Below are positions 1 to 10,216 of a stretch of 64,000 nucleotides of DNA, in pieces. The stretch is taken from the NCBI GenBank assembly GCA_965206745.1, contig OZ242220.1:1795079-1859078 (forward strand). The letters are read 5' to 3'. Every line of letters starts with the position of its first letter. Position 1 is the stretch's first letter. Origin of the DNA: Nitrosopumilus sp. Lineage in GTDB: Archaea > Thermoproteota > Nitrososphaeria > Nitrososphaerales > Nitrosopumilaceae. The notes below the pieces were generated by a model. The model saw only the letters and a program-made list of their open reading frames with translations, made no database searches and was not told where the DNA came from. Made by a program: the position numbers and the translations under genes.

Positions 1-46
1 GCGTGGCAATTATAAAATAATTTACAGTATTTTATGAATTAGTCAG

Positions 47-1174
47 TCATTCAAAGATGACAATTTTGGGATTGATTTTTTTTAATTGATCAATAATCTC
101 GTTCCTATAAGATCCAACTTTGACTATAACACCAACATCTTTCTCATTTTCTATTGTATTTGGATCAAACACATTCAGTCGTGTGCCATACAGCCGCTTT
201 CCAATTTTTAAGGCAGAATTATCCAAGATGCCAAAAATTTTAGATTGATCCAAGCCAAATGATAGGAGGTATTGGGAGAACAAATGTGCTCCGAAAATAT
301 ACAGTTTTCCAGGAAAATTTTCAGTTTTGGAATTTATCTCATTAACAAAATTTTTGTAATATTTTATAAATTCAGAATATAGATTTTTGTTTTTTTCATA
401 TAGGTTTGGATAATCTAAATTATTCTTAATTCCAGTATATTTTGTGGCATAAAAAATACTGTGATCATCCTTAAAATATGATTTTTCAATAATTTCAAAC
501 CCAGTTTTTTTTAATATAATATCCAAATAATCTTCAATGAGGAAGATTGAGTGTTCAAACATCATGCAATTTAGATATTTTTTTTGTAACCAAACCAACA
601 TGTTGGGAAATGAGAATACATGTAAATTTCCAGGAATCAAATGCTTGGAAATGTCGTTTAGGAATTCTTCAGGGTTTGGAGTATGTTCTATTACGTGTGA
701 ATGAACTATTGTATCGAAATTTTCTTCAAATTTTAGATCAGAAGAAAAATATTTCCTGATGCTATGAATGGAGGGTTCATTTTGATACAAAGGATTGGGA
801 TCTAAAAGGGTCCAGTCATAATCGTTGTTATTCTGAAGGCATATTTTTGCTAGTTTTGCAGGACTCCCTCCGATCTCTAAAATTTTTCTGGGGTCAAATT
901 TCATCAAAAAAGTTGCAAATTGTTCGTTATGTTCTTGCCAGGTTTTACCAATTGCATCATTATGAGGAAAAAGATAAATTTGTTCGATTGGAGGGATGTT
1001 TTTCAGTTGCAATATTCCTGTATCTTTACAAATATCGACTTGAAGATCAAGTAAATAATCATCAGTGTCATTACCAGATATACAGCCAGCATAAACAGGG
1101 AAATTTGAAAAAGTGTAGAGAGTTTCCAACCTATTCTTATTGGTAAGCACACTTGAATTTCTAACGAGTGACAA
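47..1174 (-). CDS. Class I SAM-dependent methyltransferase, NDP-sugar C-methyltransferase-like
   Basis: ILEIGGS motif I, FDTIVHSHVIEH, FEH motif and a C-terminal IFGAH...ILDNS..KIG..LYGT domain typical of sugar C-methyltransferases; lies in the glycan island. Confidence 0.75.
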   Translation of the reverse strand: MSLVRNSSVLTNKNRLETLYTFSNFPVYAGCISGNDTDDYLLDLQVDICKDTGILQLKNIPPIEQIYLFPHNDAIGKTWQEHNEQFATFLMKFDPRKILEIGGSPAKLAKICLQNNNDYDWTLLDPNPLYQNEPSIHSIRKYFSSDLKFEENFDTIVHSHVIEHTPNPEEFLNDISKHLIPGNLHVFSFPNMLVWLQKKYLNCMMFEHSIFLIEDYLDIILKKTGFEIIEKSYFKDDHSIFYATKYTGIKNNLDYPNLYEKNKNLYSEFIKYYKNFVNEINSKTENFPGKLYIFGAHLFSQYLLSFGLDQSKIFGILDNSALKIGKRLYGTRLNVFDPNTIENEKDVGVIVKVGSYRNEIIDQLKKINPKIVIFE

Positions 1175-1239
1175 TATTTTTTGTGAAATTTAATGAAGAT
1201 ATAAACGTGTAATAAATTTTGCAGTATTTAAAAAATCTG

Positions 1240-1974
1240 TCAAAAATAATCTTTAAGAGTTTGTAAGAATTTTGAAATTTTTGGTTGTGGATAATTATAT
1301 TTTAGACCTTTTATGCTACCAGGATATGCAAGATTACTTATTAAAAAAATAGAATTATGAAAATTCATTTTATTATCAATTAGAAAATTATTTAAATTAT
1401 CTCCAAAACATTGCTCAGATGTGAAAGGATTAGTTATTTTAATATCTGTAAAAAGGCCTTTCTGAATTAGATCAGATTTTACTATAAAAAAGGTCGCAGT
1501 GAAAGTCGTGGTGTCTTTGATAATTAGGTGGTTTAGTTTCCCATCTGAATCGTAAAGTGTTTGTCCAAGTGGCCTTGTAATACCTAGAAATTTATTTTGC
1601 TTTTCCATTTTTCTAATAATTTTTTGAATGCCAGACAAGTTGTTTAATAGCACATCACCCATAATGAACACCCACCAATCAACATCAAATGAATTTGCAA
1701 CTTGAAATCCCATACTGCAATTACGACTCAGAGCTCTTGCAGGAGTGGTAGATGGCCCTCCCTGTTTTCGTTCATTTTGATAGTTTTCAATTGACGATGC
1801 AAGATCAGGCAATAATTCATAGTGATCTGCCAAAGAAGGATCAATGAGTTTTTTTTCATCGTCTGGATTAGATTGGATAACAATTATTTTGTGGAAGCTC
1901 TTTTTCGTGTTTTTTATGGTTTCAATAACTTTTTCAGTTTCATCATACATGGAAACTATCAATCCCAAACTCAT
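1240..1974 (-). CDS. Hypothetical protein, divergent GT-A/GT2-like glycosyltransferase
   Basis: N-terminal LGLIVSMYDE...IIVIQS and WVFIMGDV resemble the GT2 start and a degenerate DXD region. Confidence 0.45.
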   Translation of the reverse strand: MSLGLIVSMYDETEKVIETIKNTKKSFHKIIVIQSNPDDEKKLIDPSLADHYELLPDLASSIENYQNERKQGGPSTTPARALSRNCSMGFQVANSFDVDWWVFIMGDVLLNNLSGIQKIIRKMEKQNKFLGITRPLGQTLYDSDGKLNHLIIKDTTTFTATFFIVKSDLIQKGLFTDIKITNPFTSEQCFGDNLNNFLIDNKMNFHNSIFLISNLAYPGSIKGLKYNYPQPKISKFLQTLKDYF

Positions 1975-2110
1975 TTTTCTCTGAAATTTATCACAAAAAC
2001 ATCTAATAAATAGTCATTATCACCAACTTGCTCTAATTTTCAATAGAACATAAGATAAATATCTAAAAATATTTAAAAAATGATAACATGGACTTTGGAG
2101 GCAGGAAAAA

Positions 2111-2908
2111 ATGAAAATAGGACTTGTAGGACTAGGCATGGTTGGTTCTGCTGTAAAATACGGTTTTGAGGTTAAACGTGGACATTCAGTTTTTGTTCAT
2201 GATTTGAAACTTCCAGATACAACACTAGAAAATGTCTACGATAATTCGGAGATTATATTCATCTGTGTAAGCACTCCAAAGACTCCAGACGGTTCATGTA
2301 ACATTGATAATGTCTCAGAAATTTGTATGAAAATAAACTCGATTGCAGAAAGTAAAAATGAAACAAAGGATGTAGTAATCAAATCAAGTGTGATTCCAGG
2401 TACAACAGATCAGTTAGCAAAAAAAAATACTTCAATCAGACTAGCTATGAATCCAGAATTTCTTTTAGAAAGAGCAGCAATGCATGATTTTTGCCATCAG
2501 GATATTTGTGTAATTGGAACAAAACATGATGACATTTATAAAAAGATTGTAGAGATTCACGGTAATTTAGCCCAAGAGTTTATCAAAACAACTCCTGCTA
2601 ATGCAGAGGTTGTAAAATATTATTGCAATGTGTTTAATTCAACACGAATAATTTTTGCCAACATGTTTTATGATATTTCAAAAAAAGTAGGTGCAGATTA
2701 TGATGAGGCTAAAAAAATTGCCACAAAAAGATACAACATGATAGATTCATACCTAGATTGCAATGAAAACTTGCGGGGATTCGGTGGAGCATGTTTGCCA
2801 AAAGATACTTTCGCTATTCTTTCATTATCTGAAAAGTTAGGAATACACTATAATTTTCTTAAAGGATTAATAGATGATAACGAGAGACTGAATCATGAAA
2901 CAGAATAA
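2111..2908 (+). CDS. UDP-glucose/GDP-mannose dehydrogenase family, short form lacking the C-terminal domain
   Basis: GLGMVG Rossmann motif, ICVSTP, IKSSVIPGT, NPEFL and catalytic GFGGACLPKD. Confidence 0.85.
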   Translation: MKIGLVGLGMVGSAVKYGFEVKRGHSVFVHDLKLPDTTLENVYDNSEIIFICVSTPKTPDGSCNIDNVSEICMKINSIAESKNETKDVVIKSSVIPGTTDQLAKKNTSIRLAMNPEFLLERAAMHDFCHQDICVIGTKHDDIYKKIVEIHGNLAQEFIKTTPANAEVVKYYCNVFNSTRIIFANMFYDISKKVGADYDEAKKIATKRYNMIDSYLDCNENLRGFGGACLPKDTFAILSLSEKLGIHYNFLKGLIDDNERLNHETE

Positions 2909-3947
2909 AACAGTTCTGGTAACAGGTTCTCAAGGGTTCATAGGTTCCTACATATGCAATGAATTGTTAAGCAAGGGATACAAAATAATTGGAATTGATA
3001 ATTATTCTAAATATGGAAAAGTGAGTAGGGCTCATGATAAAAATTCCAACTTTAGATTGATTGAGGAGGATTGCTCTTCGGAGAAATTTAAAGAAAGGTT
3101 TCTAACAGGCAATGAAAGAGATACAGAGTTTGATTTTGTCATAGCAGGCGCAGCCATGATTGGGGGGATTTCTTATTTCCACAAGTATGCCTATGATCTA
3201 TTAGCCGTTAATGAAAAAATTTTGGCAAATACATTTGATATTGCAATTAACAGATTAAAGAAAGAAAAATTAGAGAGGATTATTGTGTTGAGTTCAAGCA
3301 TGGTGTATGAAAATGCCACTATTTGGCCTACACCGGAAGGACATGAATTAATCTGTCCGCCTCCATTTTCCACATACGGATTCCAAAAATTAGCTTCTGA
3401 ATATTTTACAAAAGGTGCATCAGAACAATATGAAATGCCATATACAATCATTCGTCCATTCAATTGTGTCGGAGTCGGTGAGGATAAGGCACTAAATGAG
3501 GAGGAAATTTTTTCAGGCAATGTTAAATTAATGATGTCTCACGTAGTTCCGGATTTAATTAACAAATGTTTGCTAGGTCAAGATCCATTGCACATACTAG
3601 GTTCTGGGGATCAGATTAGACACTATACAAATGGGAAAGACATTGCACTTGGAATAAGACTCGCTTTGGAATCAGACAAGGCGATAAATGAGGATTTTAA
3701 CATATCCATATCAGCCAGTACCACCGTATTAGAGCTAGCAGAGATGATATGGGGGAAAATCAATCCCGATAAAGACTTTAGATTTATTTCAGATAAGCCC
3801 TACATACATGACGTACAAAAAAGGATGCCAGATGTTACAAAAGCTGGGAAAATTCTAGGATTTGGGGCAAAGATTGAACTATCTGAGAGTCTAGATGAAA
3901 TAATTAAATGGATGAAATCAAATATGGAATTGATAAAAAATGAGTGA
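2895..3947 (+). CDS. NAD-dependent nucleotide-sugar epimerase/dehydratase (extended SDR)
   Basis: TGSQGFIG, SSS, YGFQK (YxxxK), RPFNCVG. Confidence 0.9.
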   Translation: MKQNKTVLVTGSQGFIGSYICNELLSKGYKIIGIDNYSKYGKVSRAHDKNSNFRLIEEDCSSEKFKERFLTGNERDTEFDFVIAGAAMIGGISYFHKYAYDLLAVNEKILANTFDIAINRLKKEKLERIIVLSSSMVYENATIWPTPEGHELICPPPFSTYGFQKLASEYFTKGASEQYEMPYTIIRPFNCVGVGEDKALNEEEIFSGNVKLMMSHVVPDLINKCLLGQDPLHILGSGDQIRHYTNGKDIALGIRLALESDKAINEDFNISISASTTVLELAEMIWGKINPDKDFRFISDKPYIHDVQKRMPDVTKAGKILGFGAKIELSESLDEIIKWMKSNMELIKNE

Positions 3948-4335
3948 CGTGTCAGAAACAAAAGAAAATTTTGGTGAATTCGGAGATAAGGTTGAAAATG
4001 TAATAGAATTTGTATCATCGTGCAACTCTTTTTCTGAGATAATTGACAAATTATGCATTGAAAACATCAGATTATGGCACATACTGGACGATACAATTGC
4101 ATTAAAAAAGGAATTAGGGAAACCGGGAATGGGTGAAAAAGAAAGGGTAGAAATTTTGGAAAGAATTGCTAGAAAATCATTTGAAAATGTAGAGACAGTT
4201 AAAAGAAGATCAGTTTTCAAGAAAGCAATTGATGAATTGTTTATCATTAATACAAAATCAATCATGCAAGGAAATGATTCAAACGTATGCAATGAAAACA
4301 AAAGTTATGGAAGAGATAACCCCAAGCAATCTTAA
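3940..4335 (+). CDS. Hypothetical helical protein, DUF4254/DUF6165-like
   Basis: Overlaps the upstream stop; IIDKL..ENIRLWH..D...R...KKAID pattern resembles these glycan-locus-associated DUFs (from memory). Confidence 0.45.
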   Translation: MSDVSETKENFGEFGDKVENVIEFVSSCNSFSEIIDKLCIENIRLWHILDDTIALKKELGKPGMGEKERVEILERIARKSFENVETVKRRSVFKKAIDELFIINTKSIMQGNDSNVCNENKSYGRDNPKQS

Positions 4336-4391
4336 TGAAGATGGGATTTTTGAATAGATAAATTAATTATTGATATTAAATTTGTCATAAT

Positions 4392-4850
4392 ATGAAATTA
4401 AATTTGGGTTGCGGAACTGATTACAAATCAGGCTGGGTAAATGTGGATAGTGGAAATATAAAATGTGATGTAAAACATGATATAGAAAAATTTCCTTGGC
4501 CTTTTGAGGATTCAAATGTTGATGAAATTCTTATGAAACATGTCTTTGAACACATATCAAAAGCAAATTTTTTAGATGTGATGAAAGAGATTTACAGAGT
4601 TTGTGAAAATGGGGCAATAATCAATATCGAGGCACCATATGGCGGTTCTGATAATTTTTGGACAGATCCGACACACAAATTTCCAATGACAACTAGAACG
4701 TTTGATTACTTTGATTCAACAAAACCACTTGGAATTAGTGGTCAGATATATGGATGGGATAAAGTGAAAATAAGGGTTTTGGAAGCAAAGAAGGTGAAAA
4801 ATAAACCAAATGGTCCAGACGTATTCTATAAGCTTGGAGTAACAAAATGA
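4392..4850 (+). CDS. Small class I SAM-dependent methyltransferase
   Basis: KLNLGCG..YKSGWVNVD, PWPFED, HVFEH, EIYRV, DPTH. Confidence 0.85.
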   Translation: MKLNLGCGTDYKSGWVNVDSGNIKCDVKHDIEKFPWPFEDSNVDEILMKHVFEHISKANFLDVMKEIYRVCENGAIINIEAPYGGSDNFWTDPTHKFPMTTRTFDYFDSTKPLGISGQIYGWDKVKIRVLEAKKVKNKPNGPDVFYKLGVTK

Positions 4851-5758
4851 TGGAATTCACTTATTATACAATTATTGGAAAGGATTTGGAACTTTTCAAA
4901 GGCCATGTTGAAAATGTTAAAAAATATGCGGGCTTTGATAAATTGCCTTGCAAAAAAAATTTTAATACTATTATTTACAAAAATGATAGAATTAAAAAAG
5001 AAACAACAGATTCAATTTTAGAATTTTGTAAAGAGCAAAACATCAAGCCAATAATCTATAATGAACTCACAGATACATTTATTGATAATCTGTATGCATG
5101 CTGGAATTTGGGATATGAAACAGCATCAGATGGTTATGTTTTTCGGGGGGGATCAGATCAAGTGTTTTCAAAAGATTCATTCTTGGCACTGTATGATGCG
5201 GCGGAGAAATTTTCAAAAGAGTATCCAGAAAAAAATGTAATATTGCAGGCAAATACAATCGAATGTAAAAACAGGTTGAGGATGATAGGAGTTAAAAAAA
5301 GTAGGCATTTTGAAGAAGATTTTGGAGATAATTTTACAAATATGGATTATGGTTCTTTTGAAAAATTTATTGAGCAAATTAATTCATCCGTAAAAGAAAA
5401 TTTGTTAACAATAGATATGGCATTAAAATATTGGAAAAAACCAACCTCGTTATATGGTAAATTTGGGAAAACCAACAGAACTGATGGTTGTTCTTGGTTA
5501 ATGACAAAACAGGATTGGTTGGATCACGGTCCTCTTCCTGTTTTTGAAAATAACATTACTGGAGATGTAATAATTCACGACAGATTTCAGGAAAATGATT
5601 ATAAAAATTATATTGTAAGGGATTGTATAACCTATCACTTTGTACAAGGAGAAAGTTCGGATAAGCAAGCATTGTCTAAAAAATCAACTGCATCAAATAA
5701 TTTCATGAAAAGAATTGCCAGATACATTAAATCAGGTAGATTGTGGTCAACTAGATAG
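4847..5758 (+). CDS. Hypothetical protein, probable divergent glycosyltransferase
   Basis: Overlapping start; WN.G and GSDQVF (DXD-like) motifs, GD..., terminal YHF; glycan-island context. Confidence 0.45.
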   Translation: MMEFTYYTIIGKDLELFKGHVENVKKYAGFDKLPCKKNFNTIIYKNDRIKKETTDSILEFCKEQNIKPIIYNELTDTFIDNLYACWNLGYETASDGYVFRGGSDQVFSKDSFLALYDAAEKFSKEYPEKNVILQANTIECKNRLRMIGVKKSRHFEEDFGDNFTNMDYGSFEKFIEQINSSVKENLLTIDMALKYWKKPTSLYGKFGKTNRTDGCSWLMTKQDWLDHGPLPVFENNITGDVIIHDRFQENDYKNYIVRDCITYHFVQGESSDKQALSKKSTASNNFMKRIARYIKSGRLWSTR

Positions 5759-5792
5759 TGATTATACAGGTATTTTGAGTGCAATTTCTCGT

Positions 5793-7514
5793 TTATTTAT
5801 CCAAAACTTTTTTTTCAAGTATTTCTATCAGATCGTTTGTATATTTTTTCATAGAATAATCTTCAATTTTTTTTCTCCTTTCTAATAATGGCTCTCGTAT
5901 CTTTTTCAATATGTCTAAAAGACCTGATTCGTCGTTTGGTTTATACAAATATTCAATATTAAATTCAGAAACCCATCCAACATCTGAAGATATAACAGGT
6001 ACGCCTTTTGCAAGAGCCTCAGGTACAGACATTGGGCCGCCTTCCCATAAAGATGGAATCAGTAGATAATCAATGGAATCATAGATTTTTGGATAATTTT
6101 CATAGTTTTCATCTGCCGTACTGCATTGGATATTTTTAGATCTGTATAGAGTAACAACTTCATCCCAGTTATTTCCACAAAAAATAAATTCAAAATTTTT
6201 CATGTAATCATGTTCTGCCATTTGAATCATGAAATTATGTCCTTTTCCTTCAAATCCTCCTCTTTGTACAATACCGAGTTTTAACTTTTTCAAGTTAAAT
6301 TCTGGAAAAATTTCGATGGGTTTTAGAACAGACATTTTTTCTTTCGGATAAAATTCGGAAAATATTTCAAAATATTTTTTGTTCATATGAACTATATAAT
6401 CACATGTAAGCCAATGTTTGTTTTTTAATAAGTGATCCTTACTATTACGATCCAGATGTGTAAAAAATCCTACATCCTTTGTTTTACTTTTACCGGTATA
6501 ACAATTTTGAATGTCAATGTAGAAGTTTACATCAACATCATCTCGTGGTGAATGTGAAAGTGAGAATGTGGCAGTGTCAGATGCAGCAGAAACTATACGT
6601 TCTGCAATCTTTTGAAGTATCCATCCACTGCTTACAGTAACAACATTTACCTGAAAAGTTTTTTCAATTTTTAATGAGGGATCCAAGGTGGATGAGGGAA
6701 ACCAATCTTTTTCAAATTTTTTGGTTTTGAGGGTTTTTTCATCTTTTATTCTTGATAAAGAATTTCCTGTTTGTCCAAGCGATTTATAATTATCATATTT
6801 TTTGTTAATAGATGATTCGCTTGCAAATCCATAATGAATGAGTTTCATATCAGTGCGGCGATCATTGTTGAGACCTAGCGGATGTAAGCCCAAATGCAAC
6901 CCTTCACGTACATTAAATCGCAAATTTCCTGTATTTTTCCATAATTTAGGCTGCCAGTTTTTCAGCCACAATTCATCAACACGATATTTTGCTGTATTCT
7001 TCCAAAGATTATGAAACAGGAATGAAAATGAGTCAATATTGTGATGGTTGCCATAATTACATAATTTACGAACTCCTCCATCCTCACCATCTCTATCAAA
7101 AATCTCATCAGGATCTAAAGACACAATCCAATCAGGTTTTAATTTTAACGTTAAATCAAGTAATTTTTGTTTGTGCTCAAGTTCCTTTGTAAATTCATCA
7201 GGTAGTATAATTATATTATCGGTGAATTTTTTAGCAATCTCTACACTATTATCTGTGGAACTGTCATCACAAAATGCAATATCGTCACAAAATGATGATA
7301 AATGTTTAAGACATCTTTCTAAATTACCATTTTGTCCCTCATTGAAGCATTTAACAAAACCAACTAATTTCAACGATTTGTTATCAGTAACAGGCGGAAG
7401 AGTAGAATGTTTAATTGCACGCAAGTTTTTGTAAACACCCAAACCTTTTTTTGCAAGTTTTTTAATCCTCAATATTAAATTATATCTAAATGAGCTATTT
7501 ATCTTATTGATCAA
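5793..7514 (-). CDS. Fused glycosyltransferase (N-terminal GT2-like, C-terminal GT4-like)
   Basis: CFNE..DDSSTDNS..LDPDE..IHYGF (GT-A) followed by KG..PSLWEGGPMSVPEALAKGVPVISSDVG (GT-B). Confidence 0.85.
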   Translation of the reverse strand: MINKINSSFRYNLILRIKKLAKKGLGVYKNLRAIKHSTLPPVTDNKSLKLVGFVKCFNEGQNGNLERCLKHLSSFCDDIAFCDDSSTDNSVEIAKKFTDNIIILPDEFTKELEHKQKLLDLTLKLKPDWIVSLDPDEIFDRDGEDGGVRKLCNYGNHHNIDSFSFLFHNLWKNTAKYRVDELWLKNWQPKLWKNTGNLRFNVREGLHLGLHPLGLNNDRRTDMKLIHYGFASESSINKKYDNYKSLGQTGNSLSRIKDEKTLKTKKFEKDWFPSSTLDPSLKIEKTFQVNVVTVSSGWILQKIAERIVSAASDTATFSLSHSPRDDVDVNFYIDIQNCYTGKSKTKDVGFFTHLDRNSKDHLLKNKHWLTCDYIVHMNKKYFEIFSEFYPKEKMSVLKPIEIFPEFNLKKLKLGIVQRGGFEGKGHNFMIQMAEHDYMKNFEFIFCGNNWDEVVTLYRSKNIQCSTADENYENYPKIYDSIDYLLIPSLWEGGPMSVPEALAKGVPVISSDVGWVSEFNIEYLYKPNDESGLLDILKKIREPLLERRKKIEDYSMKKYTNDLIEILEKKVLDK

Positions 7515-7546
7515 AACATATATGCAAATAACAAGTTGTTTAGTTA

Positions 7547-8740
7547 TTGAAAGCCAAATGCATGATTGTTCTGGGCATAAGGCCAGACATAATTAATTAT
7601 CAGCCTCTAGTAAATGAATTCAAGCGTAAGAAAATAAATTTTTCAATTGTTCATACAGGACAACATTATTCATATTTTTTTGACGGATTATTTTTTAAGC
7701 AACTAAATTTTCCAAAGCCGGATTATCATTTAAAAATTGGTTCAGGTACTCAGTCTCATCAGCTTGGCCAACTGGCTCAAAAATTTGAAAAAGTTCTATT
7801 AAAAGAGAAACCAGACCTGGTGTTCTCATTTTCAGATGCAAATCCCGCATTATCAGGAATTCTAGCCTCAAAAATGGGAATCAAGGTTGCCCATTTGGAG
7901 GCAGGAATGAGAAGTTTTGATTGGAGGATGCAAGAGGAAAAGAACAGGAGACTATTAGACAGTATTTCAGATTATCTTTTTACTCCAACATCATCTACAA
8001 AACAGAATCTGATTAACGAAGGAATCTCAAATCATAGGATTTTCCAAGTAGGCAAGCCAATCTTCGAGGTATTGGAAAATTTTAAGGATCAAATAGACAG
8101 GAGCGACATATTAGACAAATTAAAAATATCTAAAGGAAATTATTTCCTTGTAACATCACATAGGCCAGAAAATGTGGGAGTAAGACGGCCATTAAAAAAT
8201 ATTTTGAATGCACTAGGCAAGATTCATAAAAAATATGAAAAGGAGGTTATTTTCCCAATGCACCCAAGAACTAGGGCATCAATTAAGAAATTTGATCTTA
8301 AAATTCCAAAAGGTATTAGAATATCAGATCCGGTAGGATTTTTGGAGTTTTCAAAGCTTGAAAAAAATGCATTTTGTTGTGTAACAGATTCTGGAACGGT
8401 TCAGGAGGATGCCTGTATTTTTAGAGTTCCCTGTGTTACTATGAGAGTAAGTACTGAACGCTCAGAAACAATAGAAGTGGGTTCAAGTATTGCAGCAGGT
8501 GTTAATTCAGATCATATTGTAGATGCCGTAGATAAAATGGTAAACCGAAAGACAAACTGGAGGAATCCATACGGGAAACCTGACTTTTCTAAAAAAATGA
8601 TCAAGATCTTGGATAAATTAGATAAGGAAATATGCTCACCAAAAGTTTGGTGGGATCATCCAAAAGTTAGCTCCAGTAAGTCAATCAGTCAATATAAAAC
8701 AAAATGGAAAAATCAGTCAATACCTGATGAAATTTTTTAG
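7547..8740 (+). CDS. wecB: UDP-N-acetylglucosamine 2-epimerase family
   Basis: GIRPD, HTGQHY, HLEAGMRS, HRPEN, HPRT, TDSGTVQE, TER.E, NPYG. Confidence 0.85.
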   Translation: MKAKCMIVLGIRPDIINYQPLVNEFKRKKINFSIVHTGQHYSYFFDGLFFKQLNFPKPDYHLKIGSGTQSHQLGQLAQKFEKVLLKEKPDLVFSFSDANPALSGILASKMGIKVAHLEAGMRSFDWRMQEEKNRRLLDSISDYLFTPTSSTKQNLINEGISNHRIFQVGKPIFEVLENFKDQIDRSDILDKLKISKGNYFLVTSHRPENVGVRRPLKNILNALGKIHKKYEKEVIFPMHPRTRASIKKFDLKIPKGIRISDPVGFLEFSKLEKNAFCCVTDSGTVQEDACIFRVPCVTMRVSTERSETIEVGSSIAAGVNSDHIVDAVDKMVNRKTNWRNPYGKPDFSKKMIKILDKLDKEICSPKVWWDHPKVSSSKSISQYKTKWKNQSIPDEIF

Positions 8741-8753
8741 GTAAAGTTAATTA

Positions 8754-9224
8754 TTGAACAGTTTTGGACATATATCGATGATACAGGGATTGGCATGTAA
8801 TAGGGTAGAATCATTTGTAGACGATAGGGGATTCCTCTCGCAGATTTTACCAGAAGGTGATGAGTCATTTGATATTAAAAGAATCTATTCCACTGGAAAC
8901 TTCTCTAAAGGGACAATTAGGGGATTTCATAAACATTCAAAAGAGAAAAAAGCTTTCTTTGCAACTTCAGGCGTAGCCAAATTTGTTGCAGTGGATGATA
9001 GAAAAGACAGCCCAACTTACAAGCAAATCAATACTTTCATTTTGTCACAGTTTAATCCTTCAGTACTAATAGTCCCAACCGGGATTTACACGGGATGGAT
9101 GTCATTGGAAGATAAAACAGTGATCATAGGCATATCTAATAAAATATTTGATAAAAATAATCCCGATGATGAGCGATTGGAACCATTTTCATACGGAGAT
9201 GTATGGAAGGTTAAAGACAGATGA
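8754..9224 (+). CDS. dTDP-4-dehydrorhamnose 3,5-epimerase-like cupin
   Basis: DDRG, IRGFHKH, DDRKDSPTY, LIVP.G; the true start may be the ATG of MIQG. Confidence 0.8.
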   Translation: MNSFGHISMIQGLACNRVESFVDDRGFLSQILPEGDESFDIKRIYSTGNFSKGTIRGFHKHSKEKKAFFATSGVAKFVAVDDRKDSPTYKQINTFILSQFNPSVLIVPTGIYTGWMSLEDKTVIIGISNKIFDKNNPDDERLEPFSYGDVWKVKDR

Positions 9225-10213
9225 AAATTTTACTTACGGGCGGTTCAGGATATCTAGGATCCATTCTAACTAGAAAATTATTGGCAAATGGCCACAGTGT
9301 TAGAATATTAGATAATTTTCTCTTTGGAAAAGAATCACTCAAAGACATTCAGAAAAATAAGAAATTGGAACTGGTGACAGGGGACATTAGAGACTTGTCA
9401 ATAGTGGGGAAATCATTAAAAAATATTGATTCGGTAATCCATCTAGCATCAATAGTGGGAACACAGTCTGCAGAGTTGGATCCAAAAGCATCAATAGAGG
9501 TTAATTTCATGGCAACAAGAAATATTGCAGAATTATGTAAAATATACAAAATTAAACAGTTCATTTTTGCAAGTACCTGTTCAGTTTATGGTGCCCAACC
9601 GGATCAGTTGATTGCAGAAAATTCTGAAGTCAATCCGTTAGATTCGTACGGACTATCAAAATTCCAATCCGAGCGTGCAGTTTTACAGGCTTATGACTAT
9701 CCTACAATATTGAGATTGGGAACATTATTTGGCGCATCCCACAGAATGCGATTTGATCTTGCAATTAATTTATTCATCGCACAGGCAATGAATAAAGAAA
9801 AGCTAACAGTGTTCGGAGGCGACCAATGGAGGCCATTTTTACACGTAGATGATGCTGCAGAAGCATTTAGTTTTGCAGTTGAAAATAAAATGGAGGGAAT
9901 ATACAATGTGGTTTGGAAAAATCTTACCATAAACCAGATGGCAAAAGATATTAAAAAATTGATCCCGTCTCAGATCAATTTATCAAAAGACATTGTAGAT
10001 AAGAGGAACTATAGAGTAACGGGCAAAAAATTAGAGCATTTCAGTTACAAGGCAAGAAAAGATATTGCTTTTGCAGTCAAAGAGTTCAAATCCAAAATAT
10101 CAGATGATGTAAAAAATTACAGGCAGGACAAATATAGTAATTACAAATCATTCTTCAATTCAAAAGCAATCCAACGAAAAGTTTACACGCAGGGACCAAT
10201 CTTCAAGAAATAG
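9221..10213 (+). CDS. NAD-dependent nucleotide-sugar epimerase/dehydratase
   Basis: TGGSGYLG, HLASIVG, ASTCSVYG, YGLSK, RFDL, QWRPFLHV. Confidence 0.9.
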   Translation: MKILLTGGSGYLGSILTRKLLANGHSVRILDNFLFGKESLKDIQKNKKLELVTGDIRDLSIVGKSLKNIDSVIHLASIVGTQSAELDPKASIEVNFMATRNIAELCKIYKIKQFIFASTCSVYGAQPDQLIAENSEVNPLDSYGLSKFQSERAVLQAYDYPTILRLGTLFGASHRMRFDLAINLFIAQAMNKEKLTVFGGDQWRPFLHVDDAAEAFSFAVENKMEGIYNVVWKNLTINQMAKDIKKLIPSQINLSKDIVDKRNYRVTGKKLEHFSYKARKDIAFAVKEFKSKISDDVKNYRQDKYSNYKSFFNSKAIQRKVYTQGPIFKK

Positions 10214-10216
10214 GAA

